NCBI GenBank assembly: GCA_903944895.1
Contig: CAJATL010000394.1
Location: forward strand, 1-38,916
Source: an uncultured Bacteroidota bacterium
GTDB taxonomy: Bacteria > Bacteroidota > Bacteroidia > Bacteroidales > 4484-276
Reading direction: 5' to 3'
Length of the DNA stretch: 38,916 nt
Positions 18,862 through 28,078 of this stretch are shown here, in pieces. Under the pieces are notes generated by a model. The model did no database searches, was not told the DNA's origin, and worked only from the letters and a program-made list of their open reading frames with translations. Made by a program: the position numbers and the translations under genes. Every line of letters begins with the position of its first letter. Position 1 is the first letter of the stretch.

Positions 18862-21219
18862 TTATTCCACCACAACCTCATCCACAAAAAGCCAGGCTTT
18901 GCCACCGGCGCCATCGTGCCAGGGCGGGCAAACGCCGGTGTTTTTGGCTTTGAGCCTGATAAATTGTGCTTTTTGATTTTGAAAATTCACTTTGAATTCT
19001 TCGATGATTCGCCCGTCCTGGTTGGCTGGGATGGTATTTTTGTAAGACCGCGGAGGAGCAAAGGTTTTTCCGTCTTCCGAAAGGCTGACTTCGATTTTCT
19101 CAGGAAGGAAAATCCAGCTTTTCCAGCGCTGATAAAAGGTGGCTGTAACTGAACTTATGTTTTTGATGCTTCCTAAATCAATTTCTACATCCGGACTATC
19201 GCCTTCAAAACCCTGCCACAAGCCATCGGTGTGGTTTTCGCTGCCTTTGATTCCGTCAACAAGCGTGCTTTCGCCAATACCCGGATATCTCGAATCCGGC
19301 ATCACTCCGTATTTTACCTTGCTTCCAAGTGCCTGATGGAAAACCAGATTTTTCACAGATGGCGCCTCTTTCATCTCACCATTTACAAAAATAGCAGCCG
19401 AAATGGTGGTGGTTTTGTTAATCACCAAAGTTGCCGAATAAACCGGTGAAGTGATCGACGGAGCAGTGCCATCAAGGGTAAAATGAATTTCCGGATTGAG
19501 TTGTTCAGTGGTCAGATTTACCGCGAATTCCTGTTTCTGATTGTCAAATTTCAAATCAAAATTTACAGCAAACGAACCTTTTGAATAATTCACACCCATA
19601 ACATCGTAACGTTTAAACTGCTCGTTGATGCGCTGCCTGAAACTGTCCCAGTTTAGGTTTTCCTTGGGTGACCACAGTGCTTCAGCCAATGCTGTCATCC
19701 TTGACGAACTCATATATTCGGCATGTTTTGGTGTCGAAATAAACTCGGACCATAGATTGGCCTGCCCGCCAAGGACATGTTTTGCTTCTTCGGCGGTAAG
19801 CTCGGTTGGTGTTGGGTCGAAAGAATAAACTTTTTTAAGGGTGGTAAATCCGCCGATGGCTCTTGGCTCAAAATCGGGGTTAGCCTGATAATGGTCGAAA
19901 TAACAATGTGTACCTGGCGACATAACCACGTCATGACCCATTCTGGCAGCTTCGATGCCACCTTCAAAACCACGCCACGACATCACCGTTGCCTCCGGAG
20001 CAAGGCCACCTTCGAGGATTTCGTCCCAGCCAATCATTCGTTTTCCCTTGTCATTCAGATATTTTTCGACGCGTGTAATAAACCAGCTTTGAAGTTCGGC
20101 TTCGTCTTTCATATTTCCGGTTTTGATCCGGCTCTGACATTTCTTGCAGGCAATCCACCGGGTTTTGTCGGCTTCATCGCCACCAATGTGGATGTATGGC
20201 CCGGGGAAAAGTTCGACTACTTCGTCGAGTACGCCTTCGATAAATTCAAAAGTCTGATCGTTGCCGGCACATAAGATATCAAGATTTGGCCAGTAGGTTC
20301 CTGGTTCGACATAAAAAGTCCCGCCTTTGCACGAAAGCTCGGGGTATGCCGCTAAAACTTCGCTTGAATGGCCGGGCATTTCGATTTCGGGCAAAACCGT
20401 GATGTGGCGCTGCGCAGCATAAGCGACGATTTCGCGAACTTCATCCTTGGTGTAAAATCCGCCAATGGTGGCCTTTTCGCCTGGTTTTGGCTTGTCAACC
20501 TGATCCCACGGCTGATGTTCCCGATCAACATGCCAGGCTGAAATTTCGGTAAGTTTTGGATATTTGTCAATCTGGATGCGCCAGCCGTTGTCGTCGGTAA
20601 GATGCCAGTGGAAAACATTCATTTTGTGCATCGCGATCAGATCGATGTAACGTTTCACAAATTCCTTCGGAAAGAAATGCCTCGAAACATCGAGGTGCAT
20701 TCCGCGCCAGGCATAGCGTGGTTTATCGTAAATTTTGACGCCGGGAACGTTCCACTGAATATTTTCTTTTACGGTTTCGCTGTAAATTTCGGGAGGCAAA
20801 AGCTGGAAAATCGTCTGAACTCCGCGAAACAGACCATCAGCAGTTACTGCCGAAAGAATGATTTTCTTTTTGTCAACAGTCAGCAAATAGCCTTCTTTAC
20901 CCAGTGAATCGGCAGTTTTAAGCAATTTAAAGATTATCCCTTTTCCACTTTCACCATCTTTAAATTCGTCAGATTGAAGCACAATCCCGCTGGCCCTTTT
21001 AAACTGGTCAGCAAAATAATCTGCAACATTTTTAATTTCGGCATTTCCGGCTTCGGCAAGGATTTTTGTTTCAGCATTAATCTGATAAAAACCACCTTCT
21101 TCGACCATGGAAAGTGGCGCAGGGATGATGTTGACCGGCAATAAAGTTTTGTTTTCCTCTTTACAGGAAATCATCGCCAGCATAATCAGAAAAAGCATTG
21201 AGCATGATTTTAGTTTCAT
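18862..21219 (-). CDS. GH20 beta-N-acetylhexosaminidase with C-terminal F5/8-type C (discoidin) domain
   Basis: 785 aa with signal peptide. HWHLTDDNGWRIQI, YIHIGGDEADKTRW (GH20 catalytic region) and EILEGGL… are present. C-terminal 80 aa are the discoidin-like domain that is duplicated at 13476. Confidence 0.85.
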   Translation of the reverse strand: MKLKSCSMLFLIMLAMISCKEENKTLLPVNIIPAPLSMVEEGGFYQINAETKILAEAGNAEIKNVADYFADQFKRASGIVLQSDEFKDGESGKGIIFKLLKTADSLGKEGYLLTVDKKKIILSAVTADGLFRGVQTIFQLLPPEIYSETVKENIQWNVPGVKIYDKPRYAWRGMHLDVSRHFFPKEFVKRYIDLIAMHKMNVFHWHLTDDNGWRIQIDKYPKLTEISAWHVDREHQPWDQVDKPKPGEKATIGGFYTKDEVREIVAYAAQRHITVLPEIEMPGHSSEVLAAYPELSCKGGTFYVEPGTYWPNLDILCAGNDQTFEFIEGVLDEVVELFPGPYIHIGGDEADKTRWIACKKCQSRIKTGNMKDEAELQSWFITRVEKYLNDKGKRMIGWDEILEGGLAPEATVMSWRGFEGGIEAARMGHDVVMSPGTHCYFDHYQANPDFEPRAIGGFTTLKKVYSFDPTPTELTAEEAKHVLGGQANLWSEFISTPKHAEYMSSSRMTALAEALWSPKENLNWDSFRQRINEQFKRYDVMGVNYSKGSFAVNFDLKFDNQKQEFAVNLTTEQLNPEIHFTLDGTAPSITSPVYSATLVINKTTTISAAIFVNGEMKEAPSVKNLVFHQALGSKVKYGVMPDSRYPGIGESTLVDGIKGSENHTDGLWQGFEGDSPDVEIDLGSIKNISSVTATFYQRWKSWIFLPEKIEVSLSEDGKTFAPPRSYKNTIPANQDGRIIEEFKVNFQNQKAQFIRLKAKNTGVCPPWHDGAGGKAWLFVDEVVVE

Positions 21220-21262
21220 AAAATTAAAATTTAGTTTATGGTTTGATGAATTTTTGATTCGA

Positions 21263-22582
21263 TTAATTTTTGATTTTCACATTGAGCCACTTTTCCAACG
21301 AATCCGAAACCTGAGTCCGTTGGTTGTCGGGCAGGTTTAAAATCCTTGTGGTATGCGAGCCACCAGCCTTAACAACTTTTAATGCGTTGGTATTTCCTTC
21401 TTTTGGTTCAAAAGCTGTTGACGACCATGGATCGTATTCGCCGTAAAGATAAATCATATTGTTGCCTTTGCTTTTGAGGAATTTATCAACCTTTTTCATT
21501 TTTTTACCACCAAATTTTGGATGTGTTCCTTCGGGAGCACAAAACGAAAATGTCAGTCCGTTGATGGCCTCAAAGTATTGCCCCATGTCGGTTGTATCGT
21601 ATCCGTAATAGCCAATTTCGGTGAGTGCCTGGTAAAAAAACGGCCAGTATTGCCGGATGCCTTCGTCGGCAAAATAGTCCATGGGCGACACACTCAGAAA
21701 ATGTTTGAGGAGCGTGCTGTCTGCCGGATTTTCGTCCGGAATAGCTTCACACGGGATAAACCCCCATTGCCAGAAAGCAAACGGATATTCCAGGACCGAG
21801 TACTCAAAAGCGGCTTCGGCACCGCCAACATACTCAAAATGATAATTATTTTCGATGGCCAGCTTCGAAAATGCAGGCATTAAGACATCTTTCTTTTTCA
21901 AAACCTCAATCTGGAAATCCCTGATTTTATCTCTGCATTCTTTGTTACCAATGTTTTGGATAAAAGGATTTACGCGGGCGTCGTCAACCGAAAAGTTGAG
22001 CGGTCCAACATATGGAACAGCTACAGCAATATCATCCGGATAAAAATATTTATAATACATGGTCGTCTGTCCGCCTTTGCTGATGCCGGTGCTAACAAAT
22101 TTTCTGTGAAAGATCGTTTTCATCATTTCATTAATCCTGTGGTGGTCGGCTGCAGCCTGTTCGATGGTGAGAAATTTCCAGTCGTTTGGTTCAGGCTCCG
22201 ATTCGCCAAAATAACGGTGCTCAACAACAACTTCGTTGGCGCCGAGCAAAGGGCAAAGCTCGTTGATGTAACGGGGATTTCCTGCATAACCGGCATTGTA
22301 GCCTTCGGTTACAAAAACAGTGGGTTGTTCGGTTCCCGAAAATCCAACATAAACCCTTTGCAGAAATGTGTCTCCATTTTTTTTATGATGATTCACCGGT
22401 TGTTCGACCCGAAGCAAATATTTTTCCTTAAAAAAGGTATCACATGGCAAAACTTCAACCGATTTTACTCCGGGAAGTTTTTCGAGTCCGGCCTTGATCG
22501 AACTGGCAGGTTTACCTTGAGAAATAACGAAAAGCGGGAAAATAACAGCTAAAACCAGGAAGCAAAGATTGGAAGTTTTCAT
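21263..22582 (-). CDS. Secreted alpha/beta-hydrolase-fold serine peptidase (S28-like)
   Basis: 439 aa with signal peptide. Nucleophile-elbow motif TGISKGGQ. Overall architecture resembles the S28/S37-type exopeptidases common in Bacteroidetes. Family assignment is tentative. Confidence 0.45.
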   Translation of the reverse strand: MKTSNLCFLVLAVIFPLFVISQGKPASSIKAGLEKLPGVKSVEVLPCDTFFKEKYLLRVEQPVNHHKKNGDTFLQRVYVGFSGTEQPTVFVTEGYNAGYAGNPRYINELCPLLGANEVVVEHRYFGESEPEPNDWKFLTIEQAAADHHRINEMMKTIFHRKFVSTGISKGGQTTMYYKYFYPDDIAVAVPYVGPLNFSVDDARVNPFIQNIGNKECRDKIRDFQIEVLKKKDVLMPAFSKLAIENNYHFEYVGGAEAAFEYSVLEYPFAFWQWGFIPCEAIPDENPADSTLLKHFLSVSPMDYFADEGIRQYWPFFYQALTEIGYYGYDTTDMGQYFEAINGLTFSFCAPEGTHPKFGGKKMKKVDKFLKSKGNNMIYLYGEYDPWSSTAFEPKEGNTNALKVVKAGGSHTTRILNLPDNQRTQVSDSLEKWLNVKIKN

Positions 22583-22789
22583 ATCAGCAAGCTCAATTCA
22601 GCATTCATTTTTTATGGTCAAACCGAAAAATATTTCAGACATAAAAGAACTAAAAATTGGATTTACAGCCAAATAATGTTTGAAACGTTTTTATAGTTTT
22701 CTATAAATCAACTTGGTTGGAATTATCCAAATGTATCAATTCGTCAACATTTTTCAAAATCTATTCGGAAAAATCACCTTGCAAATATT

Positions 22790-22888
22790 AATTCGGTAAC
22801 TGAATCTGCCGTATTTATTATAATACGGCAACTAAACTTGCCGTATTTTGACAAATTTGGTAACTTTGATACTCGTATTCGGAATATT
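22790..22888 (+). repeat. Three imperfect direct repeats at 33-bp period upstream of the AAA+ gene, with an embedded 9-bp inverted repeat AATACGGCA-N8-TGCCGTATT
   Basis: R1 cggtaactgaatctgccgtattt, R2 cggcaactaaacttgccgtattt, R3 tggtaactttgatactcgtattc. Ends 36 bp before the ATG at 22924. Confidence 0.5.
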
Positions 22889-22923
22889 AGTTACATTTGT
22901 GATAAATTTTAATAACCAGGTAA

Positions 22924-24063
22924 ATGATAACCAATTGGTTTAACAGGTATTATGAAGCAGAATTCAGTACCATGCTTCAGAAAGGAAAAGTACTTGTATT
23001 GTACGGCCCGCGAAGAGTAGGAAAAACGGAACTAATTAATAAACTTCTCGGCTTACAACCCGGAAAAATATTCCGTGGGACCGGGGATGATATGGACCTG
23101 AAAGAAGTATTTTCTGCTGGCAAATTGCGAAATATCTCCACATTTTTAGGGGGATTTAACATTATTTTTATTGATGAAGCCCAGCGCATACCTGAGATAG
23201 GTCAGGGTCTTAAAATGCTTGTTGACCAACATGAAGATATTAGCATAATTGTGACCGGTTCTTCTTCACTCGACCTGACAAATAAAGTTGGCGAACCGCT
23301 CACCGGCCGTCATATTCAAAAAATCTTGTTTCCATTGTCTGTTCTTGAACTCAGAGAACAGTTCGGGAGTTTTGATGTTCATCAGAAATTGGATGAACTT
23401 CTCATTTATGGTGGGTATCCCGAAGTTTTAAACCAGCCTTCACGTGAAGAGAAAATTGAATATCTTATCTCCTTACGTGATTCATACTTGTTAAAGGATT
23501 TATTCGAAATCGAAAATATCAGATTTGCTTCTAAGATCCTACAATTGTTAAAATTACTCGCCTTCCAGATTGGGAATGAGGTTTCTTTGACAGAATTGGG
23601 GAATACTCTGGAGCTTTCAAAACAAAGTATCGAACGGTATTTGTATCTGTTGGAAAAGGCTTTCGTTATTCAACGTGTCGGTGGATTTTCGAGAAACCTT
23701 CGAAGTGAGGTGGTAAAAACTGCACGTTACTATTTTTGGGATAATGGCGTAAGAAATGCTGTTATTAACAATTTTAACCAGTTGAATTTGCGTGATGATA
23801 TAGGTATGCTGTGGGAAAATTTAATGTTTATCGAGCGCATGAAAAAGCTATCGTATAAAAAAATCCATTCCAGCATCTATTTTTGGAGAACCTACGACAA
23901 AAAAGAAATTGATTTGGTGGAAGAAAGGGATGGAAATCTTTTTGGATTTGAATTCAAATGGAAAAATAAAAAGATTACTGCTCCCAAACTCTGGTCGGAA
24001 ACTTACCCATATGCAAAGTTTGAAGTAATATCGCAGGATAATTACCAGCAGTTTTTAATTTGA
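22924..24063 (+). CDS. AAA+ ATPase of the COG1373 / DUF4143 family
   Basis: 379 aa. Walker A LYGPRRVGKTEL, Walker B IIFIDEAQ, C-terminal DUF4143-like region. Confidence 0.75.
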   Translation: MITNWFNRYYEAEFSTMLQKGKVLVLYGPRRVGKTELINKLLGLQPGKIFRGTGDDMDLKEVFSAGKLRNISTFLGGFNIIFIDEAQRIPEIGQGLKMLVDQHEDISIIVTGSSSLDLTNKVGEPLTGRHIQKILFPLSVLELREQFGSFDVHQKLDELLIYGGYPEVLNQPSREEKIEYLISLRDSYLLKDLFEIENIRFASKILQLLKLLAFQIGNEVSLTELGNTLELSKQSIERYLYLLEKAFVIQRVGGFSRNLRSEVVKTARYYFWDNGVRNAVINNFNQLNLRDDIGMLWENLMFIERMKKLSYKKIHSSIYFWRTYDKKEIDLVEERDGNLFGFEFKWKNKKITAPKLWSETYPYAKFEVISQDNYQQFLI

Positions 24064-24161
24064 TGGAGAAATCATAAAAATATGATTTTTAACAATTAAA
24101 TTTTATTTTTCTTTTAAAGCAGCTGACCATCTAAAAGTATTGTTGAAGGATTATGGCTAAT

Positions 24162-25316
24162 CTACGGTGTAACCCTATGAACTCCAATCGGATATTTTTC
24201 GGATAAAATGCTGATGATGGTTTTGTAATCCTCCTCGTTATGAACGAAATCCATCTTGTTGGTGTCGATAATCAGGATGCGCATGTTTTGCTGCGATTTG
24301 ATGAAGTCGAGGTAGCTTTCCTGGATTTTGATGAGATATTCGCTTTTGATGTCCAGTTCGTAATCGCGGCCGCGGTTGTGGATGTTTCGCAATAAATTGT
24401 CGATGTCGAGATAAAGATAAACCAGCAAATCGGGCTTGGGCAATGTTTCGCTGATGATCTCGAACAATTTTTTGTACAATCCAAAAGTATCGTCGGGCAG
24501 GTTTTTCCGGGCAAAGATGAACGACTTGCTGATGAAATAGTCGGAAATCGTAAATGTTTTGAATAGATCACGGTGTGTGAGGTCTTTTTTTAACTGCTCA
24601 AAACGTTCCGCTAAAAAAGAGAGTTCGAGCGGAAAAGCATATTTATCAGGCTCCTTATAAAACTTTGGAAGAAACGAGTTTTCCTCAAATTGTTCGAGGA
24701 TCAATTTGGCGTTGTAATCTTCGGAAATGCGCGTGGCAAGAGACGTTTTGCCGGCTCCAATGTTTCCTTCGATCGAAATAAAATTGTAAATATCAAGACT
24801 CATCTGATGGTTTTCATTAAAATAAGGACTCCGTTTTTGCTCCACTTTAGAGTTGTCGGCACATTCGGCCAACAATTCAGAAATGGTCTTATTGATTACA
24901 GGATGGATCATTCGGGGGGCAATTTTGCAGAGCGGCTCCAAGGCAAACCTGCGTTCTGCCAGCCTGGGATGAGGAATCTGAAGATCATCCTGATAAATTA
25001 TCTCATCATCGAAAAATAAAATATCGATATCGATTTCACGGGAATGATAGCCTGGCAAGGACGTTTGCTGCCGCCCAAGCTGCTGCTCGATTTCCTTGAT
25101 GCTTTTAAGGATTTCGATGGCTGATTTTGCCGTTGAAATCTCAACTGCACAATTCAGGAAATTATTTTCGGCTTCAAAATGCCAGGGTTCGGTTTCAAAA
25201 ACCGGTGAAATCTGCCTGATTTTCCCTGCTTCCAGAGCTATTTTTTCGATAGCCAATCTCAGATAACCCAAGCGGTCACCCAGATTAGTTCCGAGAAGCA
25301 GAAAACATTTGTGCAT
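24162..25316 (-). CDS. Bifunctional fusion of HPPK (6-hydroxymethyl-7,8-dihydropterin pyrophosphokinase; N-terminal) and deoxynucleoside kinase (C-terminal)
   Basis: 384 aa. N-terminus LLLGTNLGDRL…SPVFETEPW…IDIDILFFDDEII…PHPRLAERRFALEPL matches the HPPK family. C-terminus ISIEGNIGAGKTSLA…LSFLAERF… matches the dNK/dCK family P-loop and fold. Confidence 0.8.
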   Translation of the reverse strand: MHKCFLLLGTNLGDRLGYLRLAIEKIALEAGKIRQISPVFETEPWHFEAENNFLNCAVEISTAKSAIEILKSIKEIEQQLGRQQTSLPGYHSREIDIDILFFDDEIIYQDDLQIPHPRLAERRFALEPLCKIAPRMIHPVINKTISELLAECADNSKVEQKRSPYFNENHQMSLDIYNFISIEGNIGAGKTSLATRISEDYNAKLILEQFEENSFLPKFYKEPDKYAFPLELSFLAERFEQLKKDLTHRDLFKTFTISDYFISKSFIFARKNLPDDTFGLYKKLFEIISETLPKPDLLVYLYLDIDNLLRNIHNRGRDYELDIKSEYLIKIQESYLDFIKSQQNMRILIIDTNKMDFVHNEEDYKTIISILSEKYPIGVHRVTP

Positions 25317-25650
25317 GATAGCTGTTAATTTTCGAGAGCGCCAAATTTACAATAAGTTTTGTAAAAAAGTAGCTGTGCCGAATTTATGAAGGGTGTTTTT
25401 TTTAGGCAAAAATGTACACCAAATTTACCAGAATACGCAGTAAAGAAATAAAAGCGTAAATCGGCTTAACGCTGAAATTTCTAATCAAACTACTGAAAAC
25501 GTTCTTCCTTTTTTGCCAATTCATCGGGGTTGGCAGACCAATTTAGGCTGACTTCTAACAATTTATAACATTTCGATAAAGTGTTTCGTGAACCCTACAA
25601 AATATTTGTAATATTGCATCTGATCTAAAAACATATTAAAACTGATAATT

Positions 25651-27426
25651 ATGAAAGATTTCTTTAAATTCATGTTTGCCTCCATGCTGGGCATGCTGAT
25701 TATGTCGGTTATTTTGTTCTTTGTCCTTGTTGGGATGATTGCTTCGATGGCTTCATTTATGGAAAAAGAACTTGTTGCCGTTTCCGAAAATACCCTTTTA
25801 AAAATTGAATTAAACACTGCAATTCCTGACCGGACCTCGAAAGACCCGTTTTCAGAATTCGATTTTGCCACCATGGAATCGAAAAAATCCATCGGGTTGA
25901 ACGACATTTTGAAAAATCTTGACAAAGCTGCGAGAGATGGAAATATTAAAGGAATCTATCTCGATTTATCTTCGATACCAGCCGGCATCGCCACCATCGA
26001 AGAGGTTCGCAACGCTCTTGTTGAATTTAAAAAATCAGGGAAATTTATCATCGCTTACGCCGAAAATTATTCGCAGGGCGCCTATTACCTGGCCACCGTT
26101 GCCGATAAAATTTACATCAATCCCGAAGGAGAACTCGATTTCAGGGGTTTATCCGCTGAAATGATGTTTTTTAAGGGAACCCTCGAAAAACTTGACGCCG
26201 ATATGCAGATTATCCGTCACGGGAAATACAAAAGTGCTGTCGAGCCTTTTATGCTTGATAAGATGAGTCCCGAAAACCGCGAACAGATGATGGCCATTGT
26301 AAACGGAGTTTGGGATAGGATTTTAGATGCGATTTCGACCTCAAGGAATATTTCCAAGACAGAACTCAACCGGCTTGCCGACGGCTTACTGGTTGCCATG
26401 CCGGATGCTGCCATCAAAAATAAACTGATTGATGAAGTCAGATACAAAGACGAAATCCTTGCCGAATTAAAGGGTTTGCTTGGTGTTGCCGAAAGTGAGG
26501 ACATCAAAAGTGTAACCCTGGCCGATTACACCGACGCACCTGATCCTTCGACCGAACGCCCTGACCGGAAAAACAAAATTGCGGTGATTTATGCACTTGG
26601 CGAAATTTCCTCAGGTGAAGGAAGCGAAAGTACGATTGGTTCCGAAAGCCTTTCAAAAGCGATCCGTAAAGCCCGCACCGACGATAAAGTTAAAGCCATC
26701 GTGATGCGCGTAAACTCGCCTGGCGGCAGCGCCTTAGCTTCCGATGTCATCCTTCGCGAAGTTAAACTTGCAGTAAAAGAAAAGCCATTTATTGTTTCGA
26801 TGGGTGATGTGGCTGCTTCGGGAGGTTACTACATTGCGTGTGCTGCCAATAAAATTTATGCCGATCCAACCACAATTACCGGCTCTATTGGCGTGTTGGG
26901 AATGATCCCAAACCTTGAGCGGACAATGAAAGAGTACCTCGGAGTTACTTTCGATTACGCCATGACCAACGAAAACGCAAATTATATGTCGATAAACCGG
27001 CCAATGACGGAATATCAGAAAAATGTAATCCTGGGATACATCGAAGATATTTATGAAACTTTTGTCGGCCACGTTGCCGAAGGACGGAAAATGTCGACCA
27101 CAGCAGTTGACAACATTGGCCAGGGGCGCGTCTGGATTGGCACCGATGCCAAAAAAATCGGCCTGATTGACGAATTTGGTGGATTGACTGCTGCCATTGA
27201 AGAAGCCGCAAAAATGGCGAATATCGAAAAATATGTAATCACCGAACTCCCGGCACAAAAAGATCCAATCGAAGAACTGGTTAAAGACCTTTTCGGGCAA
27301 TCAAGTATCGAAGCTAAGATCAAGGCTGAACTGGGGCCAAACTACAAACTTTATCAATACATGAAATACTGGCAAAACGCCAGCGGTGTTCAGGCCAGGA
27401 TGCCTTTTGATATTAACCTGAATTAA
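25651..27426 (+). CDS. sppA: Signal peptide peptidase SppA, 67K (two-domain) type
   Basis: 591 aa. N-terminal TM. Two ClpP/crotonase-like halves. RVNSPGGSALASDVI and …GDVAASGGYYIA… motifs. Confidence 0.85.
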   Translation: MKDFFKFMFASMLGMLIMSVILFFVLVGMIASMASFMEKELVAVSENTLLKIELNTAIPDRTSKDPFSEFDFATMESKKSIGLNDILKNLDKAARDGNIKGIYLDLSSIPAGIATIEEVRNALVEFKKSGKFIIAYAENYSQGAYYLATVADKIYINPEGELDFRGLSAEMMFFKGTLEKLDADMQIIRHGKYKSAVEPFMLDKMSPENREQMMAIVNGVWDRILDAISTSRNISKTELNRLADGLLVAMPDAAIKNKLIDEVRYKDEILAELKGLLGVAESEDIKSVTLADYTDAPDPSTERPDRKNKIAVIYALGEISSGEGSESTIGSESLSKAIRKARTDDKVKAIVMRVNSPGGSALASDVILREVKLAVKEKPFIVSMGDVAASGGYYIACAANKIYADPTTITGSIGVLGMIPNLERTMKEYLGVTFDYAMTNENANYMSINRPMTEYQKNVILGYIEDIYETFVGHVAEGRKMSTTAVDNIGQGRVWIGTDAKKIGLIDEFGGLTAAIEEAAKMANIEKYVITELPAQKDPIEELVKDLFGQSSIEAKIKAELGPNYKLYQYMKYWQNASGVQARMPFDINLN

Positions 27427-27464
27427 TCGGTAAGAAATTTTAAGAAGATAAATTTCGGAAAGTA

Positions 27465-27510
27465 AAGCCGGGAAAGATGCAAATCACGTCATTCCCGGCT
27501 TTATATTTTT
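27465..27510 (+). terminator. Intrinsic terminator between convergent sppA and ydeI: 9-bp stem AAGCCGGGA/TCCCGGCTT followed by TATATTTTT
   Basis: Seen directly. Overlaps the last codons of the minus-strand ydeI gene. Confidence 0.55.
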
Positions 27511-28050
27511 GGCTGATAAATCAACAACCTTACTAATCCTGTTTTGGCGTGTTTCGGCTCTTTTTGCCGCCGAAATCCAGTAAATATAGGTGTTTTGGGA
27601 AGACTTCGAAAATCGGTTGAAGTTTTCATAAGCCTGTGGATTTTGGAGAAGCGCAATTTTGAGATCATCCGGCAACCCGGCAGGCTCTTTCCAATTATAA
27701 GATTTTTCCCACTGGCCATTTTTTTTGGCAACCTCAATTTTTACCAGACCAGCAGGGGTCATTTTCCCGGCTTCAATCATCATTTCAACACGCTGTTTGT
27801 TCAATTCCGACCAAACACTTCTGGGCTTCCTCGGTGTAAAAATCTGCCGGTACCTGAGTTCATCAATCGTTTGAACTTTGCTGTCGATCCAGCCAAAACA
27901 CAGGGCTTCTTCAACGGCTTCATTATAAGCTACCGATGGAATTCCGGTGTTTTTCTTATAATAAACCAGCCAGATGCCGTTTGATTTATCATGGTGAAAT
28001 TCGAGCCATTTCCGCCATTGTTCACTGGTTTCGAAAAATAATTCTTCCAT
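27484..28050 (-). CDS. YdeI/OmpD-associated family protein (DUF1801-like)
   Basis: 188 aa. …WLVYYKKNTGIPSVAYNEAVEEALCFGWIDS… is typical of the YdeI family. Confidence 0.65.
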   Translation of the reverse strand: MEELFFETSEQWRKWLEFHHDKSNGIWLVYYKKNTGIPSVAYNEAVEEALCFGWIDSKVQTIDELRYRQIFTPRKPRSVWSELNKQRVEMMIEAGKMTPAGLVKIEVAKKNGQWEKSYNWKEPAGLPDDLKIALLQNPQAYENFNRFSKSSQNTYIYWISAAKRAETRQNRISKVVDLSAKNIKPGMT

Positions 28051-28078
28051 TAAAATTCACATAAAGTACGTCAACAAA

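Noticed and set aside
919-27300. Numerous antisense or shadow ORFs inside large genes (e.g. 1593-1955, 5601-6023, 11672-12022, 19777-20274, 21956-22552, 26734-27300)
   Set aside because: Each is fully embedded opposite a well-supported longer CDS with clear homology. They are typical shadow ORFs.
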